From Moniliella sp. 'wahieum' (taxonomy: Eukaryota), in assembly GCA_003971905.1 (NCBI GenBank), contig RSEE01000118.1, positions 62,001 through 126,000 on the forward strand: DNA of 64,000 bases, in the 5' to 3' direction. The notes under the pieces were generated by a model. It had not been told where the DNA came from. It saw only the letters and a program-made list of their open reading frames with translations, and did no database searches. This document shows, piece by piece, positions 1-13,600 of the stretch (positions are counted from its first letter, which is position 1; every line of letters starts with the position of its first letter). The position numbers were made by a program, and so were the translations under genes.

Positions 1-1502
1 GTGGCGCCCACGTGCGGTGCTACCGGTAGCTAACCGGCCCGACGACGGACCTATGGGCGGCGAGGCTGCTGGCTGACATGTGGCAGGCGCTCCCACGCTC
101 TGACAGCGTTGGAACATGGTGTGGCGGGCTCAGCGCTCAGTCTGAGTAGTCAGTGTGCTCGCATACTGTGCATTATGTCATAGGCGCTCAGGCCTGTCTG
201 AGATCTGACACCCTATTCCTGAGGGGCAGAGCGCGTCTTCTGACATGCATGATATGCCCCGACAACTGACACACCACACACCACAGCAACCTGCCGTGGC
301 CATACCAGGCCATACCTGCTCGGCATGCCGAATTCAATCGACCCCGCTGTGCCTGACCCTTCTGACGGCTCAGGCTGAGCGCGGGCTGCTGAGTACTGAG
401 TTGAGTATACTGAGTGCTGAGTCTCAGCCTGTTGCTCCATGGAATCCAAGCTAGCAGTCTCCTGCCATTAAAGTTTGAACGCACAGTAGACCGCGGTAGT
501 CGGCAAGGAATCATTCAATCGTACCGGAAGTGTGGGGGTCAGATCTCAGAGCAGGAACAGCGGGGCTGCGAAGGCGGTGTTTTGTATACGAGCCATGTAG
601 TCGCTTGGGGCCTGAGGTCCAGAGGCCTTCAGAGTGTAATGAGGCTTAAAGCTTAAGGTGAAAGCAGGGTAGCCGTCACTTGCTCATGCGGGAATAAGGG
701 GCCACATAGCATAACCCTTTTGGTCTGGTTCGGGGCATGTGGGGGATGGGCGATGGCGCTGCGGCTCCGATGGGCTGCCTTGAAGCTTGAAGCTTGAGTT
801 GAGTACTGAAAGTATTGTGGGGGGTACTTTCATACTCCTGTCTTGATCGATCGTCTATCGCCCCTCCTTCTCGCCCTCGCAGTTACTGAAGCTCATGAAG
901 AATCCCAGGCATCGGGTTATACTTGTCATTACTACCACTGTGTTTGCCCGCAAAGAGAACATGTCTTTTTCGAAGCCACTAACTAGTAACTACACGTGGT
1001 GAAGTATACTGGTGTGACATGTGACATGTGAGCCTTGGTCGCTTCCATGGACCGTACGGGAACCGCCACCACATCCGCGGATGGCTCGTGTGTTTTGGCC
1101 AGAGGTCCTTCAGTGCCCCCTCAGAGCTTATAGGAGTTCCGTTGTTTTCTCGCTTCTGGTTGCCTTGTTCCGCAGCCTGGCAGCGACTGGCTGCTGGTAG
1201 ACGTTACTGGTTGGCCTGGCTTACACCACCACCACCACACCACCACTAGTGGTATTGCATCACCCTCGAGGACCATCCGACTCCCAATCTCCACACATAT
1301 ACCCTGATGGCAAGAGTTCGAAGGTTGAATACATTCAATGCGCTGAATTTTCCCTTCCTCATATTACCGGCCTTGCCACTGTTCACTCACGTGCATGTGC
1401 CAATATGATCCATTGCCCCCAACGAGGCTCCAAGGGCACGCCCAGCGTCCCACCGCTTCCGACACGGGCGGGTTGGTGCGGTGGACGTGCCTCCTGTTTC
1501 CC

Positions 1503-2580
1503 TTACAGCCGAGCCCGTTCCTCGTCGGCCAAGAACGGCCGAGGACACGAGCCCAGTCGGGCCGTGTGCGGCTGGTCGAACCAAAAGTGGCCAAAGTCGA
1601 GGTGCTGGTGCGGGTGGAGGAGCTGCTTTGCGTGCGGGAGGGCGGAGCGAAGCAACTCGCCTCCGATCGGGTGCACCATGCGGTCTTGCTCGCCGTGGAC
1701 AATGGCAACGGGCAGCGCGGCGGGCAAGCTGGCGAGGAGCGGAGCCTGGTCGTCGCCGGAGAGGATGGCGTTGAGTTGGGCCGTGATGACACGTTGTGGC
1801 CGTTTGCCCTGGAGGCTATCGGCAAGCCGCGTCCAGCACGGCTTGGTTCGCAGGTTGGGCAAGCCAGCTGGGTGCGTACTGCAGTTCCAGCAAGTAACGC
1901 GCGGCGCGTGCGCGTGCCGTGTCCTTGTCCGGGCTGGTACGCAGCAGTTTGGCCATCTTGCCCGGGTCCATGTCCGTACCCACGGCCCTGGGCATGGTGG
2001 CGGTAAGTACGACCTTGTGGATCTCCACGCCTTCCACACGCAGCGGAAGCGCACCTCTTTCCCGGCGTAGGGGGCCAAGGCCAAGGCAAGAACGTGCTGG
2101 ACAATGTAGCCGCCCATGGACCAGCCCAGCAGGGTGCAGCGGGAAATGTGGAGGTGATGCAGCACGTCCAACCATCCAGCGCCATCACATCCATCGTTAG
2201 CTCCTCCTCCCAGTCGGGTGGGTAGTCGAGTCGCCCATGCCTCGGTTGTCCAGCACAATGACCGGACGCACGGGGGCGCGGTGTTCGTCGCCGTCGACAG
2301 CGAGCAGTTGCGGAAGCGGATACCAGTCGGTCATGCGCCCCGGAAAGACCCATGACCTGAGCCAGCGGGGGAGGGCAGTGCAGCAAATGTCAAGAGGTGT
2401 CAGTGGAGGGGAGGGGAGCTTGGCTGCTGCGCAAAGGGGACAGACGGACCATGATGACTGGTACGCCCTGGGCCGCGGGGCAAAGACTTGATAGGCAATG
2501 CGTGCTCCGTCGCGGGCGAGCGCAACGCCGTCGTCGCGAGGGAGCGAGGCCAAGGGACCAGAGGTGGGTGCCAATGCCAT
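1503..2580 (-). CDS. Alpha/beta-fold hydrolase (intron plus frameshifts)
   Basis: Pieced from ORFs 2197..2580 and 1503..2258: RDGARIAYQVF, VIVLDNRGMGDS, nucleophile elbow LLGWSMGG, AIVHGEQDRMV, catalytic-His region DFGHFWF. Confidence 0.85.
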
Positions 2581-3157
2581 GATGGGGGGGTGGTAGCGGG
2601 CGGAGGGGCGAACGAGATGGCCATCTCATCACCTCGGATCCCACCCACCCAACCGGCTGATGGGCTGGTGTGGGCCTGGGCACGGGTAGGGTTGGCGCCG
2701 GGGGATTTGTAGCGCGTGAATTGATTCAATGTGGGGTAGGGCGTCGGCATAACTAACACTCACGCCCTTGTCGAAGGGAGCACGGGAAGGCTGCCTCGGC
2801 CATCGGCCCTCGGCCATCTCCGGCCATTGCAGCACGTACCTAACCACCTCCATGCGCGCGAGTCGCTCTGAATCGGCGCGCCCCGTTGCTCGTTCTCGCT
2901 TCCCTTCCTGCCGTGGGCGTTCGCGTTGGTGCTCACGTTCACGCACCACGTGACCCGCCCGGCCGGCTTGCCGACGACCGGGTTAAACGCCCAGTGTTGC
3001 CGGAAATGCAACGCCTGAATAGCATCCAACAACCGCCGCACCCATCGCTCCCTAACCCCACCCCAGCTGCCGTCCGTCGTCCGAGTTTCCTGCCGCTCTT
3101 CTCTCTTCCCCCGCCTGCCCACGCACCGCCCCCCACCCCTTGTGTGCTCCGCCCCCC

Positions 3158-3693
3158 ATGTCCAAGCGCACCTTACCCGACCTGGCCGCCGCGCAAGAGC
3201 GGGTGGAAGCCATTCTCGATTCCCTCCGCCAGGGCGAAGGGTTCGATGCGCGTGTGCTAGCCGGCACCCATGCGCGCCTCGTCCGTGCCACCCGCTCCGA
3301 CGATGCCGCACAGCCACCGTCACTGTGCGGCTGCAAGTGCAGCCAGCCAGGCCAACCCGATGGGCACGTTGCATGGTGGGTGTGCGGCGACGCTGGTGGA
3401 TACGGTGACGACGTTGCCGGTGATTCTCTTGACCAGCGGCGAGGGAGGCGAGGCCTGGTCGATGCTCGGGGTGAGCACGACGTTGCAGTGCATCTACCTC
3501 AGTGCTACGCCATCGGGTCCTGGATCGAGTGGTGGCGCAAGTGGAGATGTCGGCGCGCAAGTTGTTGGTGCTAACGTGTGAAGTGTGGATGTGCCGGATG
3601 GCCCCGACGGCACGCGGCGGCGTCAAACGTGTCATTGCAAACCACACCAAGTTTGACAATTCCACCATCCGCTCCGCCTCGGCCAAGCTGTAG
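3158..3693 (+). CDS. PaaI/ACOT13-like hotdog-fold acyl-CoA thioesterase (frameshifted)
   Basis: Signature NPMGTLHGGCAATLVD, then GVSTTLQCIYLSA and C-terminal VIANHTKF. ATG at 3158, TAG ending 3693. Confidence 0.85.
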
Positions 3694-4870
3694 CGACACG
3701 GACCTTGCTTGGATCGGATCGAATCCGATGCATGCAACCCGTCTCTACTCTGCCTCCCTCTCTCCCTGGCCGCTTCCTTTGTTTCGCTTTTTCTCTCTCT
3801 CGATCGCTCAGGTCCGAATGCGACAGGAGTACAGCAGTACCGTTAAGTATTGATGCCCAGGCAGAAGAGCCAACACAATGCAGGCAGTGGAAAGTGCAGG
3901 CGGGGGGCGGGGGACGTTGGAAGAACGGGAGGGAAGGAGGGGCAGCCCGCTGGGTAAAGTAGTCGGGCTGCGATGATTGGGTATGCCGGTGCGAGAGCTA
4001 TAGTTAGTCCCCGTTCTACATGCTCCTCCAAGCGTCCACGTCGTCCCAAGCCGGACGCCCAGATCAGGCTGCCAAAACCTGGCCCCACGCCCCTACTCCA
4101 CTTGCAGTTCGACACGACAGGTTGAAGCCAGGCAAATGCCTAGGGTGAGTGCCGCGGCGAAACCCAGGAAGGCGGAGCAGAGAAACCAACATACCGAAGA
4201 GGGAGCTACGGGGAACTGATGGAGCGTGTGAGGGGTGAGGAGTGAAAGATAAAAGTTGGGTACCGGGTTCCTCGGAGACAAGGTACCCGGTATACATAGG
4301 GAGCGATGCGGGAAAAGCAAGTCAAAGTGGGAGAGGTGGGAGATGAGATGATGTTGAAAACATGTGTAGGGGTGGATTAGGTACCGATCATGCAGATTAT
4401 GAAAGAGTCGTTTGGTTTGCAAACGTCACGAGGACAAGAGGGAGCAACAAACAGTAGAAGAATATGATTATGCGAGTTTGGTCCCGTTCGTGAGTGGATC
4501 GAGATACCAGAAGACGAGGACCAAGGAACAGGTAATTGAGGGCGGGCTCTAACTAATTTGCGAAGCCAGAAGAGCCACAGACACGGCAAGGCGGATTCAA
4601 TGCGTTCCCATGCAAAAGAGAGACGGGAGAGGACACAGTGAGGGAGAAAGAGAGTGGATTTGGGTCGTGCACTTGTATTGATATATCGGGACGATTGTGG
4701 TATGGGGATCCAGGGCAGGAGGAAAAGCGGATTTGGAGGCTCATTCTCCGGTTGGTGCTGCAGCATGTTCCGAGAGTAAATAGTAGTACTCTCACTATCC
4801 AAAGTCAGGTAAGGTGAGCGCTCAGGCTAAGCATGCAGCACAGTATACCAATAATAAGCAGAACGAGGAG

Positions 4871-5004
4871 ACCACCGGGCCTACGGCCCGGTCAGCTGGG
4901 GCTTCGCCCCAGCTTGGTACTTGATCGCCACCTTAGCCACCGTTCCCCCGACCCACCATCGCCACCGTAGCCACCGTTCACGCTGGAACCGTTCCACGCT
5001 GGAA
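4871..5004. repeat. Double hairpin (T-shaped) followed by short direct repeats; possible mobile-element terminus
   Basis: Hairpins ACCGGGCC-TAC-GGCCCGGT (4874-4892) and AGCTGGGGC-TTC-GCCCCAGCT (4894-4914). A 22-mer at 4924-4945 recurs at 4958-4979 with 1 mismatch. CCGTTC(C)ACGCTGGAA occurs twice at 4974-5004. Confidence 0.8.
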
Positions 5005-5709
5005 GGTCGAAATAATATCACCGATACTCGCTGGCAGTGGGTGGCTGGGAACGTGGCACGGGGCAGGCTGATGTAAAAGTGGGAGGCGATTCAATTTTGC
5101 GCATGACATAGAGCTAAGTAACCCCCGCAAGATGAACGGTTAGGTTTAGACGTAGCGTTCCCCCTGTCCCAGCCTTAAGCCCTGCCAATGAAATGGACGT
5201 GACATAGAGATGGGGTGGAATTAAGGAACACTTTTCGGGGCTGCAGGGCTGCGGGGGACGGGGGACGGGAGGCGGGGGAACAGGAGGACGGGAGGACAGG
5301 AGGACAGAAGGACAAGTAGGGGGAGTGGGGAACGAGGGACAAGAGAGTCGGCTGACGCATAATGTATGAGCCAAAGGAACGAAAAGAAAGAAAGAAACGA
5401 AGAAGATAAGGAGCCAGCGAGCAAGCGAGGAAGTGGACAGATGCTGGAAGGGTATCAAGAGTGACGGCCGCATTACCAAGGAAAGGGGAGCGGGAAGAGA
5501 AACTCAACGGATGCCAAGTGGGTAGGATGGGCAAGATAGCAGAAGGGAAAAAATGGCAAGATGAGCAAGAGGGATGAGATGAGCAAGAGAAGCGCGGGAG
5601 CAAGTGGAGCGAGAGGGCAAGGGAGGCAAAGGGAAGAAGATGGGCAAATGGGCGGGAATGGACGAGGGGAGACCGTGAGCCTGGAGCGGGACCTCGAGTG
5701 CGCACCTGC

Positions 5710-8700
5710 TCAGACCACGAAAGGACGCTGCCGAAGCGACGAAGCGAGGCCCGGCGCGCGGAGCAAAAAACGAGGGGGCAAGCCTACGCACGCTGAGGAG
5801 CATGGGGAGCATGGGGGCGTGTGAGACTCGGCCTGACGTCGACGATAAGCCGACTGCATCATCTGTGCCGCGGCCTGCCCAGCTGCGCATCTTCGTCCCG
5901 CGCGCGCACGGTCGCCGGCTCCAAAGATGGACGCGGCAGCGTGGATGGCCAAGGACGGATCGCCTTCGTGCGGGTTGGAACGTGCCTGTGCCTGCGGTGC
6001 CCGTGCCTGCGGTGACCGCGCTGTCTGTGGTGCTCGCGGCCGGCGCAGCCGACACGCGATGCCGCCTTGTTCGCGGCGGGGGGCGGAGGTAGAGGTAGAG
6101 GCAGAGGCAGAGGCAGAGGCGCCGGGGGGGAGTCCAGTACGGGCGGGGAGGAGCGCAACGAATGTAGATGGGCATCGAGCGCGCTGGCCTGGCGCAACCA
6201 CGCGACGGAGCTGGCTGCCAAGGCAGACGACGAAGCCCTGTTCCGGGGGCGTGAGCAGCCGCGTCCGATCGAAAAACAAGATCGCCAACAACACACGCAG
6301 GTCTCCGCTCCCTGGGTAGTGGGAGCCTGGGCGGGCAGGCGCAGGCGCGGCGCGCGGCTAAGCTGCTCTGGTCCGGGCTGAGAAGGTGATGGTGAGGGGG
6401 ACAAGACGAGTGCCGCGGGAGATGACGGCGCGCCGGCGCCAAAGTGGGGAGCAGGGTGGACCAAGGTAGCACGGTGGTCCGGTGGGTCGAGGGCGCAGGC
6501 GGGGCCGGGGGGCAGGTTGTAAAACGAGCGGGCAGACCACAGTGGTCCGTGAGTTTGCGCGGTAGGAGCCAGCGGGCAGGCAGACCAGTTGGCGTGGGTC
6601 CAACCATGGGCTGGGCGGGACGGAACGAGCAGCTGGAGCTGGCGACGATCGACCAGGATGGCAGAGTGGCGGCAGGGGAGTGGATGGGGTTGCGAGCAAG
6701 TAGACCAAGTCGGCGCCCAGGGCCTGGGCCGCCGGTCGCGGTGAGCAACGAGGCCAGCTGCGGCACAAGCTTTGGGGCCACATCCATCTCTTCCGCCCGC
6801 TGGTGCGATGCGACTGGGACCGCGCACCCAATCGCTCTCAAACGCCGCGAAACTGCTCTTTTTCCAACGACCGCCTCCACCTCTTCGTCCAGACCTTGCA
6901 AACCATCCCCCGCCGCCGCTCGGCCCACTCAGACCAAACAGCCCATTGGGCCCGATGCGCTTCCAGCCCATTCCCACCCCTTGCGCCCCGTCCTCGGCCA
7001 GACCCAACCTGCCCACATCCCGCTTAAGTTGCGTGTACTGAGCCACCATGAGTTGTTTTCGCTCCGCTACGGCCACCTGCGCCGCATGTTCCAACAAGGT
7101 CATCAACTGCGCTGCGCTGGAGCGCAGCGCAGCGGCATGGCTAGCAGCCCAGACCAACTCTGGCGGAGCGCTGTGCCCCGGTTGCTGCGCGGAGGGGGAA
7201 GCTCGCTGGTGCTGGTGCGGGTGCGAGCCGGCGGAGCGGCGACACAGACAAACGCGATGGTGCATCCTTCGGGGGAAAGAATAGGGTGGAGAGCGAGAAA
7301 GGCAGTGTGCTGCATTTCCTCGGTGGAGGCAAAGCGGCGGTCACTCGTCGTATCCAGCACCACCATTGCGTGATTGCGGTTAAGAGCGCATGGGCTTCCG
7401 GGCTGAACCAGCGCTGGCCCGGGCGAGATCAGCGAGGGAAGGGAAGGGGGACTTGTCGCGTGCGAGATCTTGGCCCTTGGATGATGGGGATCGCGCTGCG
7501 CTCGTCGAGGACGGAAAGGAAGGTGGTCATGTCGCTAGGCAAGGCCGCTTCGAGTTGGCCGAGATTCGGGAGGAATGGCGGCAAGACGATCGGCAATCTG
7601 GCCGATATCCACCGTGTCCTCGCTGGCCGAATTGGAATTGTTTGCCGAGGCTGCACGGCGGTAGAGGAAGATGAGGGGGCGGTTGAGATGCATGGCAGCG
7701 AGGCGTTGGCGCTCAAAGCTGTGGGCAACTGGCCAGGGTCGCAACGAGGTAACTCATCAGTCGTTCGACACAAACCTTCTAGTCAAATCAGGGTGGGACG
7801 GGAGGGGACACGTACATTGGAAACGGAGCCGGCAGACGCGCATCGTCACCGGGAAGCAAAGAACCGAATCACCGTCACATGGCCTCGACAATGGACCCGA
7901 CCGCCGTGTCCTCCAGCGCATCCACTGCCGATTCCGTGTCTTCGACCTCTCACTCATGCCGTGCTAAAGGCCTTGCCAACGACGAGCCGGCCTCACTGGT
8001 GGGCCGCCCCCATTGCACCAGCAAATTTCCCAGCGCGCGATGCAGTGTGCTTTTGGTAGGCGGCCCGGGTCACCATAAAGGAGTCCACCACACGCCCGGC
8101 CGCCATGTCGAGCATTGCACTGCCGTATTCGGTTGGACTCGGTACTCCGTTGCCCACATCGGGGTTGATGGGCGCGGGTTCCCCCCCGCGCCTGCGCGCG
8201 GGAGGGGAGGAGGAGGAACGGGGGGCAGCAAGAGGTGTCAAAGGCGCCCAGACTGTACGAGCAACAGTTCGGCAAGGGAGAACTGGGCGAGGAACCAGTG
8301 TACCGGTGTTGACGGTGCAAAGTGGAGCAATCCATCTTCGTGCGACGAGGAAGCCAGAACAGGCCAGCGGCCATGGTCTGGGCGAGGTGCTGCCAATCTG
8401 CCTACCGCATTCCTGTGCGTGCGCGAGGTCAAAGGTGAACGGGGACGAGGCGGAGGCAGGGCGATTATTGATCCCGCGCTGGGCGCGTTTGGCCGATGGG
8501 GTTGACTGGATGGATCGGGGCGGAGAAAGGGTCATCTTGACCGGTCGGCCGTCGCCTTGGTGTTTTGACTGGGCAGAGACGTCTTGGACTTGTCGGCAGC
8601 GACCAAAATGGGAGAGACCGAGGCGGCGACCCCGCCCAGACTGGTGCCGTTGTAGGAGGAGTCGATGGTGGTGGGGATGCTGCTCGACTTGCACTGGACG

Positions 8701-9159
8701 CGGTGCCGGGGAGGCAGAGACGGCGGTCGGGAGCGGCGGCGGGGGCGAGTCGGGGGGGGTTTAGAGGGCCTGGCAAAGAGCGGCGGGAGGCGGTGGTGGG
8801 TGGCTGCTCGGCCGCGGGCTGGGCGGGGGGCTTGGTGAAGAGGCGGCGCCATCGGCTGGGCTTGGCGGACGCGGGGATGTGGATCGGGGCGTAGCGGGCG
8901 GGCGTAGAGCCTGCACGGGAACGGGGCGCGGGGGGCGGCGGGAGAGGGCGGGAGGTGGTCGAGGCGGGACCAGGAGGCGTTGGACTGGGCGGCGCGGAAG
9001 GGATGGAGGTGTGCGGGTGGTGAGCAGGCCAGCTGGTAGTCGTCGAGCAGCGCGCGGGGGCGGGTGGGGGGCGCGTGGATGAGCGGGGCGAGGCGGTAGA
9101 GGCGGCGGCGTAGTAGCTGTCGATGGCGTCGAGCGCGTGGGCTGCTCGTCGTCCGACAT
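5710..9159 (-). CDS. Hypothetical protein with Pro/Ser-rich N-terminus; 3' boundary uncertain
   Basis: Chain of protein-like minus-strand segments starting MSDDEQPTRSTPSTATTPPPLPPRP (ATG 9159), through LGQLEAALPSDMTTFLSVLDER, LMTLLEHAAQVAVAERKQL and an IQ-like AAQMMQSAYRRRQ. No family recognised. Confidence 0.4.
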
Positions 9160-10643
9160 GGCGGGCAGATGGCGAGCGGAGGCGCGGAGGAGACGCGGAG
9201 AAGAGGCGGTTGGCCGTTGCATGTCGATGGTCCGTCGGCGTGTTGGGGGCCGTGGCGGCGGGGGCAGCCACAGCAGCCTGCCAGGGGGCGCGCCAGGAGC
9301 TGCCAGGGGAAGCCCAGCATGCATCACGTGCCGCCTGGCCACTGCGACTGGGTGAGGTGGCTGGGTGCTTGCGGGCGGCGGGCACTGGCGCCGTGTCGCT
9401 GCGCGTGTTGGATGTGTCACACTCAGGGACCATCGCTCCAATCCGTGTGCGTCTTCAGCGTGCGGCTCGGCAGGCGGCAGCCACGCAGCCACGTCACAAA
9501 TGCCGATCCAGCCCCCCTTGGCCGCAACCACACCTCACATTCGCACCTCCCCCCCCCCCCCCCCCCTGGCGCTCTCAAGCACAAGCTGCTGTTTGCAGTA
9601 TCTCCAGCAAAACGTCAATCCATAGGGGGGTCCATCTTGGCCGGAGTGGCGTGTGTAACTGGAACATATACATCTCATCCGGTCCGTCGCGTGGGGGCAT
9701 TATTGACAGGGCCAGACGGAGATGGCTACTAAACAATAGGTGGTACAGGAAACCCGGCGCATACATCCGATGCGGTCGCGGCAGGCAGCACACACACGGT
9801 CACGGTCAATGCCAATGATGGTTAGTGATGGAGAGGAGATATGAAACGCTTGGACGAAGCTGGGCAACCGCCTCTTTTCTCCGCCGTAAGACGCTCAATC
9901 CAACTTGTGTTGGCCTTCTTGCTTGCCGTGTTGGCCGAAGCCAGACTTTTGTTGTTGACTTGCGCTATGATTTGGTAAGAAGTATAACACGGTGTTGGCA
10001 CAAAACGTCTCCCATCGTGTCGTCCTTGGCAAAGGAAACCGGAAACCACGGAACGTATAGTGGAGAGTCGGGGTCCCAGTTGCCCTCAACCTTCTCTCGT
10101 AGAGCACGTTGGCCACCCGAAATCCGTCAACAAAAGCGCTACACGAGGTACGCTTGTCCAGCCACTTGGCCTGCATCTTGGGCTTCGACGCGGTCCCGAA
10201 TAAGCGCTGTTGTGTTGACCTTCGTATTATTTTTGGATGAGGACGATAGAGATTCCCCCCAAGCCCTTTTCCCCATATGTTGCGCAGGGTCCACTGGCTA
10301 ACCCTCAACTGACTGGCGGTTTGGGGCACGGATGCGAGCCCCGCGGGCATCACTCACATGCCGACAATGCACTTGCCTTGGACCTGGCCCCGAATGGACA
10401 GGAGCGAGAGGGTGTTGGGGCCTGTGTGTGGGCATTACTCTCCCCCCGCAAGTCCACAGGCACTGGTGAGCCGGTGGGGGACCGTCCAACGCAGCAATTT
10501 GAAACGTCCACCCCGGGGGTGCTTTCAAATTTCACTGGCCCACCTCAGACGCAGCCCATTTTCGCTCTTCTTGCTGCCCAGCTGACCTGTCTTTGCTTGC
10601 TGTCTGTTCCCGCCGTGCCCGTCCGCTTCCCGATCCCACCGCC

Positions 10644-13600
10644 ATGTCCGGCCTGGCCTCGGCACAGACAAAGCTGCTCCAGCAGCAGTGCGCGCGCGTC
10701 TTTTCTCTTCTCGACCGCAACGCCGCAGCCGAGGCGCAGCGCGAATGCAAGCGTCTGCTCGGCGGCGGGCCGACGCAGGCCGTCGCCGCGCCTTCTGCCG
10801 CCGGTGGGCCCGCCGGGGCACAGGTGGAGCTCACCGCGCCGCGGGCCGCCCAAGTCTTCCCCCTCGCCGAGGCGCTGCTGGCGTTCGCCTACATGCAGTC
10901 CAAGAACGATCTCCTCGCCCTCTCCACTGCCTTGCGTATCAAGCAGGAAGGCTGGGGCAGCAGCGACCACCACGTCGCCGTTCCGCTCGCTGCCGTCTTC
11001 CGAAACTACCGCAAGTGTGAGTCGTCTCCCGTTTCTCCCCGAGTGGGATTGTTGTGCGTGTGTGTGCACGCGAGCGCACGCCCGCTGACCCGTCCTCTCC
11101 TCCTCTAGTTACCGACGCTGCTGAAGTGCTGGAGCGTACGTTTTCCCACCACAAGGAAAACGAAGCGCTGGGCCCCGAGACGTTTGAGGCACTCTTGGCT
11201 GCTGGTAATTTCCAGCGCGCCCAAACGTTTGCCCTGGACCTCCACCGCCTCTTTGGTCCATCCCAGTCTTCTTCGGCGCCGAAACCGCTGCCTTCGGCGG
11301 GACCCAAGCGCCCCCGTGGAGCTCTCAAGAAAGGCGCGACCGGTTCCAAACCCAAAAAGTCCGACCAGTACTTTTGGTGGAGCATGACCTGCTTCCTTCT
11401 TTGTGTACGTGCACCTATTTTTCCTCCCCTTTTCTGCTGTGCTCGCTCTTGCCTGGCTGTCGGCTTACCTGTACGTTGCGTGTGGTATGTATGTATGTGG
11501 TGTGCTGTCGGAACAGAACTACCAAGACGCCGAGGCGGGCGGGAAACTATTTTTGCCGCTGGCCGAACGCATGATTCGCAAGCACACCTCGCTTGACGAT
11601 CTGCTGGCTGCCAAGCAAGATACGCGGGCCTCTCCCTATTTTACCGGCACGCCTTCGGAGCTGGAAAAGTTCCAAGTGGTTCTGGCCGTGTTGACCAAGC
11701 AGGGCAAATGGGATGTGGCGTACCACCTTCTGGAGACCCAGGCCGGTCGCGCCCACGCTGGCTTGCCCTCCGGCGCGCTGTTTGACGCGGCGGGCAAGCC
11801 AGTTGATGCGCCGTTGCTGGAAGAGGGCGCGGCCAAGGGATCGGCCAGTGCGCACGCCCAAGCTCAGCAAGAAGCCGGTATCTTGGGCAACATTGATCTC
11901 CGCGAGACGAGGTGGGAAGCCATGCGTCACTTGGGCCACTGGGCCGACTTGGCCAACGAACTCCGCTGGCGCTTCCAGCATGGCGATCACGATTGGTCTA
12001 CGTTAAAGACACTGATTGCTGCTTCGATCGAGCAGGGCGCGCAGCAGGCGGAAGCAGTGCTGGCACTGTTGGAGAAGAGCCTGCCGAGCCCCCCCCGTTG
12101 TTGGGGGAACAACGGCCAGCTCCTCTTCCTCCTACTCCTGGCGCTCCCGCGGCTGCTGCTGAGCCTGCCGTTGACCCTGCTGCCGCTGATTCTGCAACCG
12201 CTGAGCCTGCTGCCGCTGAGTCTGCTACCACAGCCGCTCCGACCTCCTCTGCGTCGGCCAAGAAAAGCAAGAAGAACGAGCGCCCAACAAGAAGAAGAAT
12301 GCGCTGGTCAAGGAGCGTGGCCTATTTCTGGCCCGGCTGGAACTGGTGCGGCAATGGCGCACCCGCTCTGCCTCCCTCGACTCTGCCCAGGATGGTGCGA
12401 CGCGAGTGGCCGAGATGGACTTGGCGCAGCTGATCCAAGACTACTTTGCTACGTTTAGCTCCAAACCATGTGCGTACGAGGACTTGGTCACCTACCTCCC
12501 GCTCTTGTCGGACGCGGCGCAAGCGCACTTGCGTGACGGCTTTTTCGCGCTTTACACCCACCCTTCTCGACGGGGCAGCCTGGATGAGGAGCGGGGGTTG
12601 TGCACGTACGTGAATGCGCTGAAACTGCAACGTGCGCTGGATCGCTTGCCCGGTCCGGACGCTGCGCCTGCCGCGGTCGAGCGCGCGCAAGCCGCCCTCT
12701 TGGCCCAAGCCGAGCAGTCGTGGGCCGCGTACGGGGTGGGACTTAAGGCGGGCAAGCAGCTGCCGCCGACGGAGATGCAGCCGGCGGACGACTTGGCGTA
12801 CATGACGGCCGAGGCGTTGGTGGCTGCCTGGGCCTTGTCCAAGCAGACTAGCGAGCAGGAGGAAGAGCAAGGGCGGGTGGAGCTGTTGCTGGCGGCGAAC
12901 CAAGTGGTGGGGAAGGCGTTGAATGCGTCGCCCAAAGGGTACAAGCTTCGCTTGCTCTTGATCCGGATCAGTCTCGCGCTCGGCGCCTTCTCGCTTGCCC
13001 ACACGCACTATACCTTGTTGGGCGTGCGGGCGATTCAGCTGGACAGCATGGCGCACTGGCTACTGGAGCGGTGCGGGTGGTTCGCGTTGTTGGATGTGGC
13101 GGTGCAGGAGGTCGGGGGGGAGTGTGGGCGGGCCGGTGCGGCGTGCGCTCGAGGAGACCAAGGGCGTGTACGGTGAAAATGCCAAGGTGACCCCGAGCTA
13201 CTTGGCGAAATGCTTTGAGTTTGGCAACTATGCCCGTGCCGAGGAACTGTTGGACTTGTACACGGCGCTCGAGCGCAGTCTCAGTCGCCAGCTCAACCAC
13301 TGAGCAACTCTTGCTCCACCTCTCGCTTGGCCACGACCAGCCCACCCTCGCCACCGCCGCCTCCCACGTCTTGGCCACGCCTACCACCGTCGCTGCCAAG
13401 CACGACCAGCGCGACAGCCAACTCCTGCCCTCGTTCTTGCCCCTCGGCACAGTCTCTGCCGTCGAGAGTTTGCGCGCCGGTCCGCAGCCCACGGCGGGCT
13501 ATGCCCACGCCGTGGCGGCCGCGGTGGCCCATGCGACCGGCACTTTGCCCGCCGACGCTGAGGCAGCCGACCGATCGGGCCTGATGGCCGAAGAGACCAA

